NCBI GenBank assembly: GCA_040285825.1
Contig: JAUPSS010000013.1
Coordinates: 310,001 to 374,000 of the forward strand
DNA length: 64,000 nucleotides
Direction of reading: 5' to 3'
Source of the DNA: Eukaryota sp. TZLM1-RC
Lineage: Eukaryota; Protista; Metamonada: BaSk clade
In this document: in pieces, positions 57,268-64,000 of the stretch
Numbering within the stretch: the first letter of the stretch is position 1
How the letters are laid out: each line of letters begins with the position of its first letter
Notes under the pieces: model-generated
Told to the model about the DNA's origin: nothing
Seen by the model: only the letters and a program-made list of their open reading frames with translations
Databases searched by the model: none
Made by a program: the position numbers and the translations under genes

Positions 57268-59226
57268 ATGGACATTGTCACTTTCTACTTTTTCTTCACT
57301 CCTTGTCAATTAGCATATCTGATAAATCTACAGAGGTTTCTTCTGTACTGAAGAACATTCATTCCAGTATTGATGATGTACTTGGTCGTGGTTATACTTC
57401 ACTGGCTCAACTTGATTTTTTGCTTCGGCCCATAATCAGAAAGTTCTTTCCCGGTTGCCATTTGTACGTATCATCCCAGGAAGATTCGTATTATGAATGT
57501 CGTCTACGTGCACCAGCTGACAATTTTATCTTTAAATTGGTGAATACTGATTCCTCCTTCTTCAAAATGGGCATTCTGCCAACCGAGGAAGAAGAGTTCA
57601 TTACTGCGATTGTACGCTGGAAACGTTCACCTTACACTTTTTCCATGTTGTTGAACCAAGCAGAGGAAGCCAAATCTTTGGAAAATACTTGGAAGAATGA
57701 CGCAGTTTTCGATTGTGATTTTGAGGAATGTTCGGTCAACAAGAAAAATATTTGTAAGTTTATTTCAATCAGTAATGCTCAGTTTAATTCACTTTTGATG
57801 GAAAACGAAGATGAAAAAAAAAGATAATGAATTTAAGACGTTGACCAATTGGAGGCTAATGGACTTGTTTACTAAGTTTGTTTTTCTGAGTACCATTCAT
57901 ACCACTTCTCTCGAATGTTACAAATTATCAAAACTTTGGAGAATTGCTCCACTGGTAGGATTTACTGATAAAGAAATATTAAAGGAAGGTAGTAAATTTA
58001 TTCGGTCTGGGAGTGGCTTTCTCTACCCTTTTACCAGGGACTGTTGGTGTCTGGTCACTAACAATCATGTTCTCAGTTCCTGTGTGGATAAGTACATTGG
58101 TCTGGCTTTTTCGGATGGCAATCCTCCCTATTATGATACTTTACTCTTTCACAATACTGTTGCTTCTTCTGCAACGCGTGGGAATAATATTGGATGTCCA
58201 ACATTGGATGTTGCCGCTTGCGTTTCCTATCCGTTGCCAGAAGATCATCCGCTCGCTAACTGTTACGATGATTATAAAGAAATGTTTTCTTCAGATCACT
58301 ATGTACTTAAGAATTTATATTCAAATCCGGAAGAGTTTTATAGATTGCTACGTACAAAGGCAGATGTTTACCTTATCAGTCATCCTGGTGGTCAAAACAT
58401 TAGTCCAATGATTTCCAGAACTAAAATTGTAGGCTATGATTATTGGGCAATTTACACCGAAAAGAGTAGCGTAAGTGGTTCTTCTGGTGGTCTTTTGGTT
58501 GCATTCACTGCTAAGGACTCACAACTTTTTGTTTTGGGTTATCATGCTGCAGTTACCAAACTTACAAAAGTTCCCAATAGTGTAGAAGATCACAAAAGTG
58601 GAACATACTTTTCGACTGCTATTAAGTTTTGGCGATTTCGGGAATTATTTGACACTAGAATTGAAACCTATGCAAAACGTAGGGTTAATATAGGAATGCC
58701 TCCTTTCAAAGTGACTGATTTTCTCTACCCAGATCATAAAATCTCTTTGTACACCAATCATTGGACATCAAGATGCCGTTGTTTAGATACTAATTTTCTG
58801 AAGAATACATTCTCTGATTTGGTGACTTTGTGGAAGAATTTTGTTGACCTTCACCACCTCAAAAATAGTGGTGTTTTAAAGGCAATTTGTTCAAATCAGG
58901 ATATAATTATTTCCAACATTTTTATAAGGCATAAATCACCTGTTTTTGCCACAAAGTTTGAACCTTTTTGGAAACGTATGTTTTACCATGCAATGCAGTT
59001 TTGTCAACATTGTTTTGGTCATTGTAACATTGATATTAGGCAATTTGTACCAAATGCGAGACAAATGTTCGAGTACGTGGTAGGAAAGTTGAATAAGAAC
59101 TCTTTCAACAGTTGTGGAATGTTTCTTGTTAATGACAATGATTCACTGTTTTTTGCTTTTTTACGGAAAGTTGATTCTACTGAATTGAAGCGTTTGAAAC
59201 AACCTTTCTACAAGGAACAATCATGA
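57268..59226 (+). CDS. Trypsin-like (PA clan) serine protease-domain protein; probably one gene broken by homopolymer frameshifts
   Basis: LVTNNHV (His), LDVA (Asp), LISHPGG, and GSSGG (Ser). ORFs 57303-57827 and 57811-59226 overlap at a long A-run. Confidence 0.7.
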
Positions 59227-59775
59227 ATGCAGTGCTGTGTCAATCATAGTAACTATGTTTCAAATAGAGATAAATAAAATAACATTTGTGTGTAATTGAA
59301 GCATGTAGTAGATCTGGAAGTCACAGAAGCACACTACAATCCTATTAGAGGATTTCAATCTCACAACAAAGGTCATGTCAATCACAATACACCTAACTTT
59401 GAAAGGGCTGCAGTTACTTTGAAATTCTAGATATCTGATCTTTTCCCAAAACTATGTATAGCACATATTTTGAATACAATTGTACTAGGTTTCCGCAATA
59501 TGGAAGTAATTTTGTCAAAAGTGAAATCTTTTGTCAAAAGATATATGTGTGCTAATGATGATAATAATGTCAAATAATAGTAGAATTTATTGTGCAAAAC
59601 AATAGGAGTGACTCATGAGAGAGTTTACCCTCTAAAGTACCAGCATGGTTTGAAACAAAAAATTGCTACTTGGCAAACTGTGCCATCAATAATATAAATT
59701 GTCAATAATTTCAAATCTGATTCTAAGAAGGGTGTTCTGTGTTATATGTGTTCTATTCATGATAATATTGAGCTT

Positions 59776-62552
59776 TATTTATTTATTGAATTTGCACACT
59801 TGATTAAATTAAATCATAACTAATGGGACGACTATCATTAAACCAAGATTTCCTCTACAAAATCTTGATTTGCTTGCTGTCTAGCTAAAGCTTCTCTAAT
59901 TCGATTGAAAAACCGCGGTAATCTATTAATAATGGCAAATTGAATCCGTGAACGCCATAAAAAAATATCAAATCTTTTCATTGTTTTTTCTTTCACCATT
60001 TTTTGGAAGTCATCCAAAAAAAGTTTCTGCTTCAACTGATAATCTTCCATTTATCGAAAATGGAAAAGCAATAAAAACCAGCTGTGTATTTCTATCGATA
60101 TTTGCATCTTCAATTTCTTTATCATATTTTCTATGTTTTTCTTTTGCTTTAAAAATCCAGAGCAGCCACAGGATTAAGTTTTCTTCTGTGAACCAAAGTA
60201 TCGTTTGCAACATTACATGAGACAAAGTCAACAATAGCTTCAGAATTATCAATCCAATCACAGTATACATCACCTCTATCATCAGAACCAAAATTATTCA
60301 GAGAAAGTGTTTCTTTCAGCAGGGGCTCTTTGATACACGATATCCTTGCAGTTTGTGCCATATTGAAAACAGTGTCTCTAACAGCATCATGTAATGAAGA
60401 ACGATAAGTTATCAATTTAGAGCAATTTAGAGCATGGCGCAAAGTGAGTTGAGGTGAATTCGAACAAATACATTTTTCTTTTGATAATAATTGGTTAATG
60501 GGGATGTTCAAATATAATCTCATTTTTGTTACAAATGCTTCATTAGTAGCACACAATCCAAATCTTCGTGGTACAATGGTTACAAAAAGTGAAGAATCTG
60601 ACACCTTGTTTTCACAAACACCCTTTTCCAATAACAATGAGTGAAGATCTTGATTTAAAACAGCCGAGCTGCAAATATTATTATAAAGATCTTTTTCATA
60701 CATTCCAGTCAATCTTTTCTGTAATGTTCGAAGAGTGTACTTCAAATTTAAAACATTTTTTTCTGGAATATTGCCATTGAATGATTGGGGAAAACATCGA
60801 CCCCATTTTTCTACATCAATTCTTGAAATTTCTTCATTTAATGCAAAAACAGTGGAACTTTGCGTTGTCATCAATAAATCTTCCCAATCTGCAAATCTTT
60901 CGGAGAACTCAAAGATTGCATTTCTGCATCCACCAACAAAAGCACACGAGGTAAGAATAGAAGCCTTCGTCCACCCTAAACCACCATATTGTGGACTAAG
61001 GTAAGCATGATCTGGAATTTGAAACATTTTACATCCCAGTAATTGAGACAGAACTTTTGCACGTAACTCATTAAACTTTTGAGCCAAAGGTCTAGTGACG
61101 AGAGGATTTGTAGATCGAAATATATGATTAAAATTGGAACTAAAACACAGTCTTATAATGGTAAATTTGATGTGTTTTTTTATATCTAAATTCATCATTC
61201 GGTCAATTTTGTCAGAAATTGAGTTCAACTTTTCAAACAATTTTTGGTAATTTCATCATTATTTCCTAAAAACGAACCCAAATGACGAATAGCATCAATT
61301 GAATATAATTTTGCTTGAATTTCAATATCATCAATTATTGTGGAAACTGGAGAATTCGATAACAAAACACATTTAAGTAAATTAAGTCGGAGACCAATTT
61401 TGGTAAATAATTCTTTAAAACATACAGTTGCTTTTTTTCACAATATTTAATTCACCAATAAGCACAACATCATCCATATATGCAATCATTTTTAGTGAAG
61501 GAAACATCTCTTGAATTTGCAGTAGAATAGGATGAATGGCCAAACAAAACAAAAGAGGTCCTAACGGATCTCCTTGCTTTTACGCCACTGGATGAAATCA
61601 AAATGTTGTTACCAAAATGTAAATTAGAATATGTGCAATATGTTGATTGAAAATATGGTATTAATTCTGGCATATATTGCAATAGAGCACCATGGATACT
61701 GCGACGACTTAGCGAATTGAAAGCATTACTAAAATCCAATGACATGCAAACATTGGATTCATTTTGACGAAATAAGACATCAGTAGCAAAAAAATCGCTG
61801 AAGAGACTCCATCTGTAGTATTTATACCATATTGAAAGGGTAATAAAATCTTTTTAGCTTTTTCATTGAACCTGCTTAAGCAACACGCAGAAAAAAATAT
61901 TATGTAAGCTCTCAGAGACTGCAATAGGACGAACATCCATTTTTGAATTTTTGACAAGTGCAGTCAAACGAGAACTTCTTAATTCTTCTGGGTACTTGCG
62001 TTGACCAGATAATATTTGGTTGAAAAATTTGGTCATTAAACCAAGGCAATCTTCTGAAGAAATAATCGCGGCTTTTACATGATCAATAGTAATACCAGAA
62101 AGTCCGGCAGACTTACCACGAGGTCTCTTTTGATAACCGAAAAAACTTCTGATGGCATCAATGGATAATTTTCCCAGTATGTGCCGTAAAAATTTTGATC
62201 CATAACAGGGTCTTCATAAGGATGAAGTATTTTCAGTTTATCTACTGTATCTTCATTGTTCGGTGCTTTGACTCCGGGACTTAAAGCTGACAAAGCCTTG
62301 GACCATTTGTTGTCAAAGCATTTGTCTTCAAAAATTTTACTTAATTTCTCGGATGACTGATTTCTCGGTGCTATATTGGTTAAATCTTCGGAAATATTAA
62401 CGAAATTTTGTTCAAAAGGAGGACAAAAAGAACCAAAAAATTCCCAAATAATATTGATAGCATACTTTCCTTTACATAATTGATCCAAAAATCTTTGAAA
62501 AACGAAAGCAAATTCATTGCATTTGGTCGGATGAATTTCTTGAGGTATTCTT
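59776..62552 (-). mobile_element. Young 5'-truncated CRE-like family A copy
   Basis: Near-identical to 31928-34570. TSD ATATTGAGCTT at 59765-59775 and 62553-62563. Confidence 0.96.
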
Positions 62553-62811
62553 ATATTGAGCTTGAATTGTTATTATTATTTTTGTGGTGTTTTTGGGTTC
62601 TATATATGTCAGTTAACTTGTTTTTTACCTTTAGTTATAGACTGAAACCAATCTGAGCAGAATTTGAAACTTTCATCCTATTGCATCTGAGTTTACTATG
62701 TTGTGTAAGATTTGAGAACAACGTTTATTTGATAGTAATGGATGCAATGTGATATTCAATAATGTTTACTGGGATTAAATTAAACCAATTGTTTTTGTTG
62801 TTAATTTTAAA

Positions 62812-64000
62812 TTATTTATTTTCTACGAAGAATCAAATAAAAACAAAACAAACTAAAACACATAAGAAACTAAATTCTCCACGCCAACTCTTGATAAATC
62901 CTTATAAAGTTTGGACATCATTAAACTCAAGTACTTGGGAACACTTCTGTACAAAGCGAAAACGATACGATTTTTCCATAAATTCTCTGCAATATTCTTA
63001 CCACTTGAACGACATAAATTACCAAAACCATTGATGAAATTCAAGGCGGATTGTCGAATGTTGCCAAAAATCGAAAAGGCAAAAAGAACAAACGAAAACT
63101 ACGAATAAAGGTTCTTATTTAAATCATTTAATATCTCAGTATATTTATCTCTCTTACGATCTTCAGCCTTGTTTAAATGACCATTAGTACTAAGTAAAAC
63201 ATCATCGCGATAAACAAAAGCAAAGGGATTAACTGTAATGAAATCAACAAGAACTTGAGAGGAATCCACAAAAGGAGCAATTAAATCACCTCGACGTGAA
63301 TTAAACAGATTATCATCACTATAATGCTTCAACAAAGGTTCTACTTTGCAACTAAAATTGTAACACTTGAACATCTCATATGTCACATCACGAACGGCAT
63401 TATGAAGAACTGACCTATATTGGAGAAATTTTTTACAGCTCACAATATGACGGAAATTGGCAGTAGGTTTTTTGTTACAAATACAAACAGAATTATCCAA
63501 AAGACCACTTGGATACAGCCCCAATCTCAACCGCATGTTTTGTTTCCATGCTTCATTTGTTAAGTGAAGACCAAATGGCCTTGATTGCTGAGATATTAAA
63601 CTACTACAGTTCTGGATGTCTGATAAAAAGGCAGCAAAGACGGGATTATTAATCTTAGTCACACTAAGTCGTTTAGAAAAATCCAGGTCTTCAAAACCAT
63701 TAAGAACAGACTTCTGTAATTCCACAACAGCAAGATGAAGATTGGTGAAAGATCTCGAAGGCACAGCAGGCAAACTTGAAGGAAAATTCCTATTCCAAAC
63801 ATCAACAGGTAGTTCTTGCACCATTTTTTCAAGAGAAATTAATAAAGGATGTGATTCATTCAAAGGAATATGATCAAAACGAAGTTTCCATTCAAAAAGA
63901 AAATTTTTCATACCACCAATAAAAGCACTTTTGCATAAATACTCTGCTTTTGAAAAATCAACTCCACCAAATTTAGGACTAAAAAATGCATGATAAGGAA
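62812..64000 (-). mobile_element. CRE-like family E element, 3' part, running off the window
   Basis: CICNK...HIVSC, HNAV, VEP, RGDL, VDF and KRDKY RLE motifs. Confidence 0.9.

Overview
AT-rich, compact microbial-eukaryote (protist-like) genomic DNA using the standard genetic code, with 27-31 nt GT-AG mini-introns. Many single-base frameshifts fall in homopolymer runs, so some are probably assembly errors. Host genes are a 4E-BP-like protein, a secreted protein, a pecanex-like membrane protein, an RCC1+LRR-like protein with a decayed paralog, a CDF zinc transporter, two GNAT copies in an inverted duplication, a hotdog thioesterase, a GH15 glycoside hydrolase, a SUN-domain protein, MCM4, a trypsin-like protease, tRNA-Asn and tRNA-His genes. 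About half of the window is transposon-derived: at least five divergent families (A-E, my labels) of CRE-like RT+RLE non-LTR retrotransposons, a chromodomain Ty3/Gypsy element, a gag-only mini-LTR element, and hAT and pogo/Tc2 remnants. Two things stand out. First, a decayed Fanzor1 (eukaryotic TnpB-family RNA-guided nuclease) appears N-terminally fused to a PolB-type DEDDy 3'-5' exonuclease (15.1-17.4 kb), with a separate Fanzor RuvC/Zn-finger C-terminal relic at 40.1-40.5 kb. Second, all three complete tRNA-His genes sit antisense at the apparent 5' ends of CRE-like elements with homologous flanks, while 5'-truncated, TSD-flanked copies have no tRNA, suggesting LINEs that carry their own tRNA gene. 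All family assignments come from motif recognition by eye; no searches were run.
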